A stretch of DNA of 58,843 nucleotides from an uncultured Candidatus Saccharibacteria bacterium (GCA_964557535.1 CAZLAD010000001.1:124482-183324); one strand, 5' to 3'; numbered from the stretch's first letter, positions 36,115-45,638 are shown. The notes: generated from the letters alone by a model not told the origin. Translations and numbers: made by a program.

Positions 36115-37155
36115 ATGAATCAATGGATATTTCTCATAATTGGACTTTTGGGCGGAATTGTCATCTTTTCTTTTTTGCGTAGAAAAAACTCTTCGGTAGA
36201 TAATTCTATGCCCATGTTTAAAATGCTCGCCGACGAGATGAAGGACATGCGTCGTACGCTCGACGAACGTATGCATCAATCAAACGAGAATTTAAAATAT
36301 CAATCGAGCGAATCACAAAAACTCATCCGCGAAATTACCCGCGAGATTACCGAAGTCAAAGAAACCGGTAAACAGGTCATGGGCTTCACCGAGCAACTCG
36401 AAGAACTTCAAAATATTTTGAAAAATCCCAAAAGTCGCGGTGTGCTTGGCGAGTATTATCTCGAAACCCTCTTGAAAAACACCTTGCCTCCAGGAAGTTA
36501 CCAGATGCAATATCCTTTTGCTAACGGAGAAATTGTCGACGCGACCGTGTTTATCAAAGACAAAATAATCCCGATTGACTCCAAATTCTCTCTGGAAAAT
36601 TACAATAAACTTGCCGAGGCAGAAAACCCAAGCGAAAAAGATCGCCTAGAAAAACTTTTCATAAACGATCTGAAAAATAGAATTCTCGAGACGAGTAAAT
36701 ACATCAGACCCGAGGAAGGAACGATGGACTTCGCTTTTATGTTTATCCCTCACGAGGCGATTTATTATGATCTTCTAGTAAATAAAATCGGTGCTGTAAC
36801 CGAAGACACCGAAAACTTGATCCAGCGCGCGGCAAGTAAATACAAAGTCATCATCGTATCGCCGACATCTTTCCTAGCCTATCTCCAAACTGTTTTGCAG
36901 GGACTAAAAGCAATGCAAATCGAAGAGAGAGCAAGCGAAATCCAAAAACGTGTTGGCGAACTTGGTAAACATCTTGAAACTTTTTACGAATATCACGACA
37001 AGCTCGGTAAAAATTTGGGAACGGTGGTCAACCAATACAATCTCTCGAACAAAGAATTCAAGAAAATTGACAAGGACGTGATGCGAATTTCTGGTGAGTC
37101 AATGAAAATTGAAATGCTCGAGATCGAAAAACCCGCTGAGACGGAGCAAGCCTAG
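36115..37155 (+). CDS. rmuC: DNA recombination protein RmuC
   Basis: N-terminal TM segment, coiled coil, and the RmuC nuclease-like core (VDATVFIKDKIIPIDSKFSLENY...FMFIPHEAIY...VIIVSPTSFLAYL). Confidence 0.9.
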   Translation: MNQWIFLIIGLLGGIVIFSFLRRKNSSVDNSMPMFKMLADEMKDMRRTLDERMHQSNENLKYQSSESQKLIREITREITEVKETGKQVMGFTEQLEELQNILKNPKSRGVLGEYYLETLLKNTLPPGSYQMQYPFANGEIVDATVFIKDKIIPIDSKFSLENYNKLAEAENPSEKDRLEKLFINDLKNRILETSKYIRPEEGTMDFAFMFIPHEAIYYDLLVNKIGAVTEDTENLIQRAASKYKVIIVSPTSFLAYLQTVLQGLKAMQIEERASEIQKRVGELGKHLETFYEYHDKLGKNLGTVVNQYNLSNKEFKKIDKDVMRISGESMKIEMLEIEKPAETEQA

Positions 37156-37227
37156 CCCGCCGGGGCTTTTGAGAATCCGAGGACATAGCGAAGCGATCCC
37201 GCAGGATTTGAAAAAGCCCCGGCGGGC
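37155..37227. terminator. long inverted repeat (24-nt arms, 25-nt loop) between convergent rmuC and ORF 37260-37808
   Basis: gcccgccggggcttttgagaatcc ... ggatttgaaaaagccccggcgggc, followed by gagcttttt. Confidence 0.6.
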
Positions 37228-37259
37228 GGAGCTTTTTCAAGCGATTATTTTACGAAGCG

Positions 37260-37808
37260 CTACCTTACTACACTCGTCACATCGAGCTTGTACCATTCTT
37301 TCCAGCCCGTTTCTTCTGCGCCCTTCTTTTCGTTCATCTTTACGATAATTGTTTCATTTTCTTGGAGAACGACAAAATCTCTTTTTACTTCCCCACCATC
37401 ACACACGGCGTATGCAATAGGAATTCCAGCCTCGACAGAAGTGTCGATGAAATTTGATTCAACACAAGTTCCTGGGTGAATTCCAAGTTTATATGGCGAA
37501 CCAAAAGCAATAGCATTTCCATTTCGAGTAAAATCAGCAAATTCCATCTTCAACCATGTTTGATTTGTACCAGCGACTTCTGGACTAGTCGTGTCGAAAG
37601 TCCATTTTATGCCAGTGAATTCATATTTGTAATCACCTGACACGACCGGCTCTACCACGCGAAGCGCTCCGTTGTTTGTCTCCAATGTTTCGTCAGGATT
37701 TTGATCTTTTGTGTTTTCTTTTTTACCACCAACAAAAATTACCAAAAGCACAACGAGAAGCACAACCACTGCTCCAATCACCTTGTTAGTAAAATTTCCC
37801 ATCTTCAT
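37260..37808 (-). CDS. membrane-anchored hypothetical protein
   Basis: N-terminal TM segment plus a ~150-aa beta-rich ectodomain. No family recognised. Confidence 0.6.
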   Translation of the reverse strand: MKMGNFTNKVIGAVVVLLVVLLVIFVGGKKENTKDQNPDETLETNNGALRVVEPVVSGDYKYEFTGIKWTFDTTSPEVAGTNQTWLKMEFADFTRNGNAIAFGSPYKLGIHPGTCVESNFIDTSVEAGIPIAYAVCDGGEVKRDFVVLQENETIIVKMNEKKGAEETGWKEWYKLDVTSVVR

Positions 37809-37898
37809 AATTTCTTTATTAACATCAATAATACCCTCAGTCTACCACGGTGGGAAATTCTCACAAAATCTTGCAATATTACATAATTTATGTCGTTG

Positions 37899-37970
37899 TG
37901 ACTCCACGGGGAATCGAACCCCGATTAGCGGATTGAGAACCCGCTGTCCTAACCGTTAGACGATGGAGCC
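37899..37970 (-). tRNA. tRNA-Glu (anticodon CUC)
   Basis: GGCTCCA TC GTCT AACGGTTA GGAC A GCGGG TTCTCAA TCCGC TAAT CGGGG TTCGATT CCCCG TGGAGTC A. The cloverleaf folds with one G-U pair in the acceptor stem. Confidence 0.88.
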
Positions 37971-38044
37971 AGAAACTTCGTCATTCTACTACGGTATTTA
38001 GAATTAGGCAAAATTTAATTTTTAAATAAAGCCGGGAATATTTT

Positions 38045-38087
38045 AAACGTTCGAAGCCCCGCGTCAAACGCGGGGCTTCGAACGTTT
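38045..38087. terminator. 19-bp perfect hairpin
   Basis: aaacgttcgaagccccgcg-tcaaa-cgcggggcttcgaacgttt. Lies between gene 38325-39335 and tRNA-Glu; T/A tracts flank it on both sides. Confidence 0.55.
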
Positions 38088-38324
38088 TAATACGAAAATT
38101 TCCTTTTGACAAAAAGATTACCCGCCTTGCGGCGGGCGATCCCTCTTTTCGTACTTTTGTCCTCCTCTACCGGAAATACCGGTGACTGCGTGGACTATTC
38201 GCACAATTTCCTTTAGGGCCGCTTGTTTGGCCTCTTTGCGTGAACGCTTGATGGCTTTATGCACAGCTTCCGTGTTTTGGATGATTCTAGCACCAAACCC
38301 CCAACAAAACCAGTTTAGACAAAA

Positions 38325-39335
38325 CTACAGTCCCTTTGCCTCCTTTGGATATGGTGGGTACATATCTTTGTCGATAGTTCGGCTGAAGCATGTTTTACCA
38401 ATCTCATGATCCCAAGATTCATTCATTCCTCCACCTGGATACGGATAAGACGACACAGCAACGTCCTCACGATACATTGGCATCACTCCCCCGCCGTTTG
38501 AGTATTCTTGCCAACCTTTTGGCATAGTTGCTGTAAATGTGGCGCAGAGTTCAAATGTCATATCGGCTGTCTTTTTGTATTCGTAGACAAAACCTTTTTC
38601 AAATTCTGGATCAACCGGCATCATAAATCCCGAAAGCGGATTTGAAAGTTCTTTTAATTCTGTCGGTAATTTTTCTTTCTGTTGCCAGAAGTTTATGACT
38701 TGCCATTGGATTGATTGCAAATCCTGCACACGACGTTCATCGAGTCGCCACGCGCGCTGTTCGTTTGGCGTGCCAATAACCGTGAAGCTCCAGACGATAA
38801 GCGCGAGCACGAGAATAGAAGATTTGATTGCCGCCCAAAGCCCCATTTGAAATCCCCAAATTTTCGTCCAGCCTCGAAGTTCCCAAATATAGTAAAGCCC
38901 GACGTACGCCGCGACCACAAGCGTAATAGCGACTTTCAAAATAAATCGAGTCGTAATTTCACCGGCGACAAAATATCGAACCAAAGTAACCAAATCGACG
39001 ACAACTACAATCCCTGACAAAAACGTGATGAGATAAAGCATCCATTTTTTGATTGCGCCGTCAGTTGCACCAAGCTCGCTACGTGTCGCCTTCTTCCAGA
39101 AATAAGAAATAACTAGGAAGGCTGGGAAAATGATAATGAGTGTAGCCAGCGCCGAACGAGCTGCTTCGAAACTATAGGTATCGTACCCGTATTGATAGAC
39201 GGAATTGAGTGCGTCTGGGAATTGTTTGTTCAAAGTTTCAAAGACAAGGTTTAAGAAAGCGGTGACGCTTGCGATAAGCGCGACGACAACTCCGAGTGAC
39301 AGAAAGAAAAACTTCGGTGTTAGTTTGTGATTCAT
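38325..39335 (-). CDS. DUF5671-like polytopic membrane protein with C-terminal soluble domain
   Basis: The N-terminal PKFFFLSLGVVVALIASVTAFLNLVFETLNKQFPD pattern and 6 TM helices are typical of DUF5671 proteins. Confidence 0.65.
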   Translation of the reverse strand: MNHKLTPKFFFLSLGVVVALIASVTAFLNLVFETLNKQFPDALNSVYQYGYDTYSFEAARSALATLIIIFPAFLVISYFWKKATRSELGATDGAIKKWMLYLITFLSGIVVVVDLVTLVRYFVAGEITTRFILKVAITLVVAAYVGLYYIWELRGWTKIWGFQMGLWAAIKSSILVLALIVWSFTVIGTPNEQRAWRLDERRVQDLQSIQWQVINFWQQKEKLPTELKELSNPLSGFMMPVDPEFEKGFVYEYKKTADMTFELCATFTATMPKGWQEYSNGGGVMPMYREDVAVSSYPYPGGGMNESWDHEIGKTCFSRTIDKDMYPPYPKEAKGL

Positions 39336-39356
39336 AAATTTTACTTTTAATAATAA

Positions 39357-39677
39357 TTATAAACTAAACATTTTTTCTATTCTTTCAGCTACTTTATTTT
39401 TGCCCGCAGCCTTTAACTGTTCAACCAAAACACTCTTATTCGGAATTTTCGTATCGAATTCCTTTCGAAGGTCAGCAAATTTATTCTGTAATTCATCGTG
39501 AATTTTTCTGTTATCGCTGACATGCTGTCCCATTTCAGCAAATGAATCAAATCCTCCAAAAGAATCCGTGAATTCATTTCTTGCATCTACAGCTTCAAAC
39601 AAGGCCGTCGCTAAAGCAAGTTGATCTTCGAACGACATTTCTGCCCCTCCTTTATTTTCCATTAGATTTTCTTTCAT
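39357..39677 (-). CDS. hypothetical acidic helical protein
   Basis: 106-aa ORF downstream of ftsI. No family recognised. Confidence 0.5.
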   Translation of the reverse strand: MKENLMENKGGAEMSFEDQLALATALFEAVDARNEFTDSFGGFDSFAEMGQHVSDNRKIHDELQNKFADLRKEFDTKIPNKSVLVEQLKAAGKNKVAERIEKMFSL

Positions 39678-39765
39678 ACAGACTTAATTATACCGCAAAA
39701 ACCCAAAATAAGAATACGGAATTTGTCGGTCAAATAATAGTGGTATAGGTTCGACCTCCGGTCAT

Positions 39766-41490
39766 TTATCTATCCGGTGGTACTTCGTAGTAGTTAATGA
39801 GGAACTTGGTTATGTCAAAAAATGGCTCCAGAAGCGTCTCTCCGGCATAGCGCACACCCTGGGGCGCGGTAATAGACAGAAATACAAGAAATTGCGGATT
39901 GTAGGCCGGGAAATAACCGACAAATGAGTGAAGATTTCTGTCTTCGAAGTATCCGCCGTTTCGAGGATCCGGAATCTGGGCCGTACCAGTCTTGCCCGCG
40001 ATTGAATAATGATCCATCTTATATTTTCCGTTTCCATAAACCTGATCTACACTATGAACCAGCATTTTGGAAATTGCCCTACTGGTCTCGTCTTTTAGGA
40101 CTTTTGGTTGATCAAGTTTGTTGTATGAGATAATTTTGTCTTCACCAGTAGAATAATCTATTTTTTTCACGACATGGGGCGATACGAGATATCCATTGTT
40201 ACCAAGCGACGACCAAGCACGCACGAGTGTCATCGGCGAAAACGATATTCCCTGTCCGAACGAAATGTTGGCGTTTTCGACATCTCTTCCAGAAATCAAA
40301 TTACCGACCAGACCTTTGGCTTCGTTTGGTAAATCAATTCCTGTTTTTTCTCCAAGACCATAATCGAGCATGTATTTTTTGAAATTTGCTTTGCCAATTT
40401 TTTGCTCGACAAACACCATTCCCGTGTTTAAGGAATCCGACAAAACTCTCTGCAAATCTATTTGACCACGAGCCTTTTTATCAAAGTTATAAATAGTTCT
40501 GTCACCCACCACCACCGAACCCTTGTCATTGAAAGGAGTACTTTCACTAATAACGCCGGTATCTATACCGACTGCCATCACGAGTGGCTTCACCACCGAA
40601 CCGAACTCATAAATATTTTCAACAAGAGAATTTTTATACACTGTTGAATCCGAAACATTTGCGAAGTCGTTCAAATCAAAATTCGGGATATTTGCCATCG
40701 CATATATCGCACCGGTCTGTGGGTCGAGGATTATGCCACCCGCGTACGTAGGACGATATTTTTCTTTGATTCCCTTGAGGGAATTTTCAAGATAGTTTTG
40801 GACGGTTGGCTCAATTGTTGTAACGATGTCTCCACTTCTGTCTTCGTTTTTTGCCGAAAGTGCGACTTTTATATCTGAGAATATTTCTGCAAAAATATTT
40901 ACGTATAGATTTTCTTCTTTTTTTGTGAGTGTCGAATTGTAAAATTTTTCCAAACCGTACTGTCCGGACAAAGTATCCCCCGAACCAAAACCAAGGAATC
41001 CAATGGTTTGCGCAGCCATACTTGTGCCAGGATAAAAACGCCATTTTTGTTTGTACAGATAAACTCCCGACAATTTTAGGGCAACTATTTTATCCGCGGT
41101 TTCTTTGTTTATTTTGTGGGCAATTTCCTCGTATGGATCGTTTTGCTTTTGGGCCTTATTTAGAAAAGATTTTTGATCAAGATCAAGATAAGAAGATAAT
41201 TTTTCGTATGTTTCTTCGGCATTTTTTATTTGGGTCGGATTTACCGCCAAAAAATACCCGGTGTTTATCGTTCCGGCAGATATTTTTGTACCGTCACGTT
41301 TTTCAAACATGATATTTCCCCGATCGAAGACGTCGGCGGATTTCTTGTAAGAATTGTCAGCCAATTCCAAATATTCCTCTGATTTAAATACCTGCAATGA
41401 AAAAAGTCGATATATGACAAGTATACCGATCAAAATCGTAAAAAAAGATATTATTCGTATTCTAAATAAAAATGTCTTTTTCGAATCCAT
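39766..41490 (-). CDS. ftsI: peptidoglycan D,D-transpeptidase FtsI / penicillin-binding protein 2
   Basis: TM anchor and dimerisation domain. SxxK (GSVVKP), SxN (SDSLN) and KTG (GKTGTA) motifs; dcw position. Confidence 0.92.
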   Translation of the reverse strand: MDSKKTFLFRIRIISFFTILIGILVIYRLFSLQVFKSEEYLELADNSYKKSADVFDRGNIMFEKRDGTKISAGTINTGYFLAVNPTQIKNAEETYEKLSSYLDLDQKSFLNKAQKQNDPYEEIAHKINKETADKIVALKLSGVYLYKQKWRFYPGTSMAAQTIGFLGFGSGDTLSGQYGLEKFYNSTLTKKEENLYVNIFAEIFSDIKVALSAKNEDRSGDIVTTIEPTVQNYLENSLKGIKEKYRPTYAGGIILDPQTGAIYAMANIPNFDLNDFANVSDSTVYKNSLVENIYEFGSVVKPLVMAVGIDTGVISESTPFNDKGSVVVGDRTIYNFDKKARGQIDLQRVLSDSLNTGMVFVEQKIGKANFKKYMLDYGLGEKTGIDLPNEAKGLVGNLISGRDVENANISFGQGISFSPMTLVRAWSSLGNNGYLVSPHVVKKIDYSTGEDKIISYNKLDQPKVLKDETSRAISKMLVHSVDQVYGNGKYKMDHYSIAGKTGTAQIPDPRNGGYFEDRNLHSFVGYFPAYNPQFLVFLSITAPQGVRYAGETLLEPFFDITKFLINYYEVPPDR

Positions 41491-41499
41491 TAGCGCAGA

Positions 41500-41811
41500 T
41501 TAGCGTAGAGTAAGCTCACCACTTCCGGCAATGTACTGAGTTTTTACGGCGTCCACAAACCCGAGCTCGTAAGCTTTTTCGATGGAGATTGTATCATTTA
41601 GAGAGAGTGTTTCCAATTCGAGTTGCGAAATTTCCGCAGACAACTGTCTAATCTGCGTACCGATGTTTTTCTCCGCCACCAATTTAAAAACGGTCTGGCC
41701 GATAAAGAACAAATAGAATAAAAGAGCGGTTCCAGCAAAAAACGCCAAAATATAAAACGTCCTGTTTGAACTAATCTGTGCTGTATTTACTTTTGAATAT
41801 TCTTTGTTCAT
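41500..41811 (-). CDS. ftsL: cell division protein FtsL-like
   Basis: 103 aa, bitopic with a coiled coil, between rsmH and ftsI. Confidence 0.65.
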   Translation of the reverse strand: MNKEYSKVNTAQISSNRTFYILAFFAGTALLFYLFFIGQTVFKLVAEKNIGTQIRQLSAEISQLELETLSLNDTISIEKAYELGFVDAVKTQYIAGSGELTLR

Positions 41812-42689
41812 ATTTTTTTTATTACTCTTAACTTTGCGCTTCTCGACCGGGGGTTTTCTCTGATTTCTTCTGAGGTTGGGGTTATGGGTTTTTTGTTTAT
41901 TAATTCTCCGATTCCCTCTTTATCCCTATCTCGAAAAAAATTTTTGACGATTCGATCTTCGAGACTATGGAACGAAATCACTGCCATCCGACCGTCACTC
42001 GCCAAAACATCGAAACCTTTTTCTAGAACTGTTTTCAAATTTCCAAGTTCGTCGTTTACCGCTATTCGCAACGCTTGGAAAGTTTTTGTCGCAGGATGAA
42101 TCTTTCCATTTTTATAAAAAGCCGGAACAGCGTTTGAAATTATATTTACCAAGTCTGTCGTGGTCTTGATCGGTGATTTCTCTCGAGCTAGGACAATGTC
42201 GCGCGCAATTCTACGAGCAAAACGCTCTTCGCCATACGCATAGATAACGTTTGCAATGTCTTCTTCGTCCCAGGAATTAACAATGTCCGAAGCATCAAAT
42301 TCCGTGGGCGAGATGTCTTTTTTTAGGGTCATCTTCAGAGGTTCGTCACGCAAAAAACTAATTCCCCTGTTAGAAAATTCAAGCTGGTCAGAACTATAAC
42401 CAAGATCTAGTAATATTCCATCGACTTTCTTGTCTGCCAGAACACGATCAAGGTTTTTGAAATTTTCTTGGAAAAAAGAAATATTGTTCTCAAAATTTTT
42501 AAATCTTTCTTTGCCTCTTTCAATTGCGTCGGAATCCAAATCAAAAGCGATGACGGAAATATTTTTTCCAAACCGATCAAAGACTTCCGCGGTGTGTCCT
42601 CCACCGCCAAAAGTTCCATCGACAAACAAACCACCGGGTTTTAGGTTTAGTGCGTCGATTGATTCTTTTAAAAGTACTGTTTTGTGCAT
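41808..42689 (-). CDS. rsmH: 16S rRNA (cytosine1402-N4)-methyltransferase
   Basis: HKTVLLKESIDAL...DGTFGGGGHT...SFHSLEDRIVK motifs. Confidence 0.96.
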   Translation of the reverse strand: MHKTVLLKESIDALNLKPGGLFVDGTFGGGGHTAEVFDRFGKNISVIAFDLDSDAIERGKERFKNFENNISFFQENFKNLDRVLADKKVDGILLDLGYSSDQLEFSNRGISFLRDEPLKMTLKKDISPTEFDASDIVNSWDEEDIANVIYAYGEERFARRIARDIVLAREKSPIKTTTDLVNIISNAVPAFYKNGKIHPATKTFQALRIAVNDELGNLKTVLEKGFDVLASDGRMAVISFHSLEDRIVKNFFRDRDKEGIGELINKKPITPTSEEIRENPRSRSAKLRVIKKI

Positions 42690-42697
42690 ATCGGTCT

Positions 42698-43132
42698 TTA
42701 AATTACGCCGGCTCCGCCTAATTTTTCGGCGAGCTGGTCGGCCTGCTCAGCAACGCGTTTTTTGTAATCAGTCCAAGCCTTGTCGTTCCAAATTTCTAAA
42801 CGATTCTGGACACCGACAAGTGCGGCTTTGGTCTTGAGGTTTGCACGGTCTTTTAGAAAATCCGGTAGAAGTATGCGTCCGATTGAGTCGACAGAAACTT
42901 CGGTCGCGCCACCAAACATAAAACGATTAAAACTTCGGTTGTCGGCTGAAAGCATGGAAAAGTTGCCGAGCTTTTCAGAAATTTTCGTCCATTCTTTTTT
43001 GGTAAAGACGAAAAGACAGTTGTCGAGTCCTGGCGTAATAACAAGAGCGTTACCCATCTCTTTACGAAATTTCGCCGGAAGAGAGATGCGATTTTTCTCA
43101 TCAATTGTGTGTGTAAATTCGCCGATTAACAT
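42698..43132 (-). CDS. mraZ: transcriptional regulator MraZ
   Basis: MLIGEFTHTIDEKNRISLPAKFR and a second SpoVT/AbrB-like repeat (DSIGRILLP). Start moved to the ATG at 43132. Confidence 0.93.
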   Translation of the reverse strand: MLIGEFTHTIDEKNRISLPAKFRKEMGNALVITPGLDNCLFVFTKKEWTKISEKLGNFSMLSADNRSFNRFMFGGATEVSVDSIGRILLPDFLKDRANLKTKAALVGVQNRLEIWNDKAWTDYKKRVAEQADQLAEKLGGAGVI

Positions 43133-43224
43133 AAAAAGTTCTGGTGAGAAATCTATACCCATGCACCAAGTTTTAATAATCTTTTTTGATTAGTTTTTTT
43201 AATCAAAAACTCGGTGCGTGGGCA

Positions 43225-43291
43225 TACCACTTTTTCCCACCTAGACTAAATTATACACCACTTCATCCCACTCTAAAAACCTGATTCCCAC
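43225..43291 (-). promoter_or_regulatory. dcw promoter with five phased GTGG(G/T) direct repeats (MraZ-box-like operator)
   Basis: On the minus strand: GTGGGA (43291), GTGGGA (43271), GTGGTG (43261), GTGGGA (43240) and GTGGTA (43230), with spacings of 20, 10, 21 and 10 nt. TATAAT lies at 43255-43250 and TTTAGA 16 nt upstream. Confidence 0.6.
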
Positions 43292-43365
43292 TCTGTTTTG
43301 GGGATAACTCCGAGAGCGTTTGACATAATTTTTAGGAATTGTATTATGTAGAAAACCGCACCGCC

Positions 43366-43602
43366 ATGACTAAAAAGCTTCTTTTTCCTTACGTCATCGG
43401 GATGGAAGGAGGAAACATCGTTCTGGGCCAAATTGGCCCACCGAAACCACCGTCTGACCCGTTGCCAACAAGCAACGCATCTTTGACAGAACCATCGAAA
43501 CCGAAACCAGACCCCGCGGAGAACATTCCAGCCTGGTTTTGTTCGTCTGAACACCTGCCGGGTCTCCACGACCAGGTATTCGGCGAATACGCTATTTGGT
43601 AG
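43366..43602 (+). CDS. hypothetical Pro-rich protein (GC-richer ORFan)
   Basis: ORF from the ATG at 43366 (the track's TTG start is at 43339), followed by hairpin 43626-43645 on the same strand. Confidence 0.4.
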   Translation: MTKKLLFPYVIGMEGGNIVLGQIGPPKPPSDPLPTSNASLTEPSKPKPDPAENIPAWFCSSEHLPGLHDQVFGEYAIW

Positions 43603-43625
43603 CAACGCCGTCCTTTCAACGAAGA

Positions 43626-43645
43626 AGCCCCGGAAATCCGGGGCT
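43626..43645. terminator. GC hairpin between convergent ORF 43366-43602 and lysS
   Basis: agccccgg-aaat-ccggggct, followed by cgttcgtttc. Confidence 0.6.
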
Positions 43646-43665
43646 CGTTCGTTTCTACTTATTTT

Positions 43666-45117
43666 TTAATGTTTAGGTTTAACCAATGGGAAAAGTTGGG
43701 TTTCGCGTAGAGGTTTGTCGACCAAGAATGCAAATAATCGATCCCCGTAAGCAAATCCAAAGGCTGGCGGCATGCCGTGTTCTAGCATTTCCACAAATTC
43801 CATGTCCGGCATCATAGCTTCTTCGTCCCCGCCCTCAATAAGCCCCTTTTGAACATCAAATCGCTCCTTCTGATCAATTGGGTCGTTTAATTCTGAAAAG
43901 CCATTGCTACATTCCGCGCCAGCAAGGATGAGCTGAACTCGTTCGGTCAACAACGGATTATCCGCTTTGGCCTTGGACAACGGCGAGACAAGTTTTGGCA
44001 CGTCCACGAGCCAAATTGGTCCAGCAATTTGCTTACGGCAATATTTCCACAATGTATCCATCAAGCGTTCACGATTGTCACCTTCGTATTTCACGCCCAG
44101 TTCATCAAGTTTTGCCTTCATGTCTTTTTCCGAAGCATTCAAAACATCGATGCCGATCATTTCTTTGACCGTATCGACATAAGAAATCCTTTTCCATTTA
44201 CCGGACAAATCAAACTTGTGTCCACGTGTTTCAAATTCAGTTTTGCCAAAAGTTTCTTTGACGACGTATTTGATCATCTCTTCGGTTAGATCAATCCCTT
44301 CGTTGTAATCCATGTACGCCGCATAAAATTCGACGTTAGTGAATTCTTGAGTATGTTCCGGGCTTGATCCTTCGTTTCGATACACGCGTCCGATTTCAAA
44401 AGTCCTCGGAAATCCGGCCGCCATCAGACGTTTCTGCCAAAGTTCGCCAACCGAAATGCGCAAAAACAAATCGAGATCAAAATCATTGTGATGTGTTTTG
44501 AAAGGCCGTGCTTCTGCCCCACCGGTTGTGACTTCGAGTGTTGGAGTTTCGACTTCGAGAAATCCTCGATCAATTAGAAACTTCCTAGTCGCCTGCCAAA
44601 ATTTTGCTTTCTTGTAGAAAATTTCTCGCGCTTCATTGTCGAGAAGCAAATCCAAATATCTTTTGCGAAGTCTGGTTTCGTCGTCTTGAAGTCCAGCCCA
44701 CTTTTCTGGCATTGGAAGCAGGGTCTTGGTCAAAACTTTCCAGTCTTTGACCAACAAACTTTTCTCGCCTTTTTGAGTTAGAAACAAATTTCCGGAAACT
44801 TGGATAAAGTCACCGACATCAATCGCGTCGACGAATAGTTTAAAAAGTTTTTCTTCGAGCTCATCTTTCTTGAACACCGCCTGAAAACTGTCGGTGCCGT
44901 CGTTTATAACAACAAAAAGAATTGCGCCCTGTCCGCGGATGGCCATAATGCGTCCGACGAGGCTTAGGGTTTTCTCACCGCCCAATTCATCGAACTGCAC
45001 CTTTACTTCAGACAACCAGAAATCCTTTTTTGTGGTTGCTGGATAAGCCTCCATGCCCGCATCACGAATCTTTGTAAGCTTTTCTAAACGGACTTCTTTT
45101 AAATCCAGCTCTCCCAT
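43666..45117 (-). CDS. lysS: lysine--tRNA ligase (class II)
   Basis: OB-fold N-domain plus class II motifs (FLEVETP; YRNEG; GFAYGDRL). Confidence 0.96.
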   Translation of the reverse strand: MGELDLKEVRLEKLTKIRDAGMEAYPATTKKDFWLSEVKVQFDELGGEKTLSLVGRIMAIRGQGAILFVVINDGTDSFQAVFKKDELEEKLFKLFVDAIDVGDFIQVSGNLFLTQKGEKSLLVKDWKVLTKTLLPMPEKWAGLQDDETRLRKRYLDLLLDNEAREIFYKKAKFWQATRKFLIDRGFLEVETPTLEVTTGGAEARPFKTHHNDFDLDLFLRISVGELWQKRLMAAGFPRTFEIGRVYRNEGSSPEHTQEFTNVEFYAAYMDYNEGIDLTEEMIKYVVKETFGKTEFETRGHKFDLSGKWKRISYVDTVKEMIGIDVLNASEKDMKAKLDELGVKYEGDNRERLMDTLWKYCRKQIAGPIWLVDVPKLVSPLSKAKADNPLLTERVQLILAGAECSNGFSELNDPIDQKERFDVQKGLIEGGDEEAMMPDMEFVEMLEHGMPPAFGFAYGDRLFAFLVDKPLRETQLFPLVKPKH

Positions 45118-45119
45118 AT

Positions 45120-45587
45120 TTATTCTATGTTTAATATCGAGTATTCGATTGCGCCGTTTGGTCCATCGAAAATTATTTTGTCGCCTTTCTTGTGCTCAAA
45201 CAATGCTCCGCCAAGTGGTGATTGGTACGAGATTCGACCGGTTGCCATATCTGCCTCGCCTTCGCCAACAATAGTATAAATCTTTTTTTCTTTGTCTCCC
45301 TTTTTCTGGACAGTTACGTCGGATCCAATTCCAACCACGTCACCCTTGTGTCTAGAAGACACGACTTCCGCTTCTTTTAAAATTCTTTTAATTTCACGGA
45401 CCCTGTCTTCGAGTTGGGCTTGAGCCTCGCGAGCCTGATGATATTCGGCATTTTCAGAAAGATCGCCAAGGCTTTTGGCGAACTCTAGCGCGTCGATTAT
45501 TTCTTTGCGTTCGGTACCCTCCAAATGCTTTAGTTCGGCTTCCAATTCAACCTTGCGCTCTTTGGTTATTAGTTCTTTTTCTATCAT
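45120..45587 (-). CDS. greA: transcription elongation factor GreA
   Basis: Coiled-coil N-domain with DLSENAEYHQAREAQ, and a C-domain with ISYQSPLGGALFEHKKGD. An alternative TTG start lies at 45626. Confidence 0.93.
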   Translation of the reverse strand: MIEKELITKERKVELEAELKHLEGTERKEIIDALEFAKSLGDLSENAEYHQAREAQAQLEDRVREIKRILKEAEVVSSRHKGDVVGIGSDVTVQKKGDKEKKIYTIVGEGEADMATGRISYQSPLGGALFEHKKGDKIIFDGPNGAIEYSILNIE

Positions 45588-45638
45588 AATGGGCCTTATT
45601 TTAGCTTTTTGGGGCTGTTTAGTCAAACATCAAATATT

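Noticed and set aside
35857-36279. 140-aa minus-strand ORF across the GC-rich islet and the rmuC start
   Set aside because: It is antisense to the rmuC N-terminus and its promoter, and it crosses a plus-strand terminator. The plus-strand ATGA-coupled pair explains the region better.
38182-38409. 75-aa plus-strand ORF
   Set aside because: It overlaps the 3' end of the DUF5671-like gene in antisense. No start context, promoter or terminator supports it.
43273-43619. Minus-strand ORFs of 110 and 76 aa upstream of mraZ
   Set aside because: Their W/R-rich composition is typical of antisense translation of a GC-rich gene. They would also have to be read through the plus-oriented terminator and into the MraZ-box promoter.
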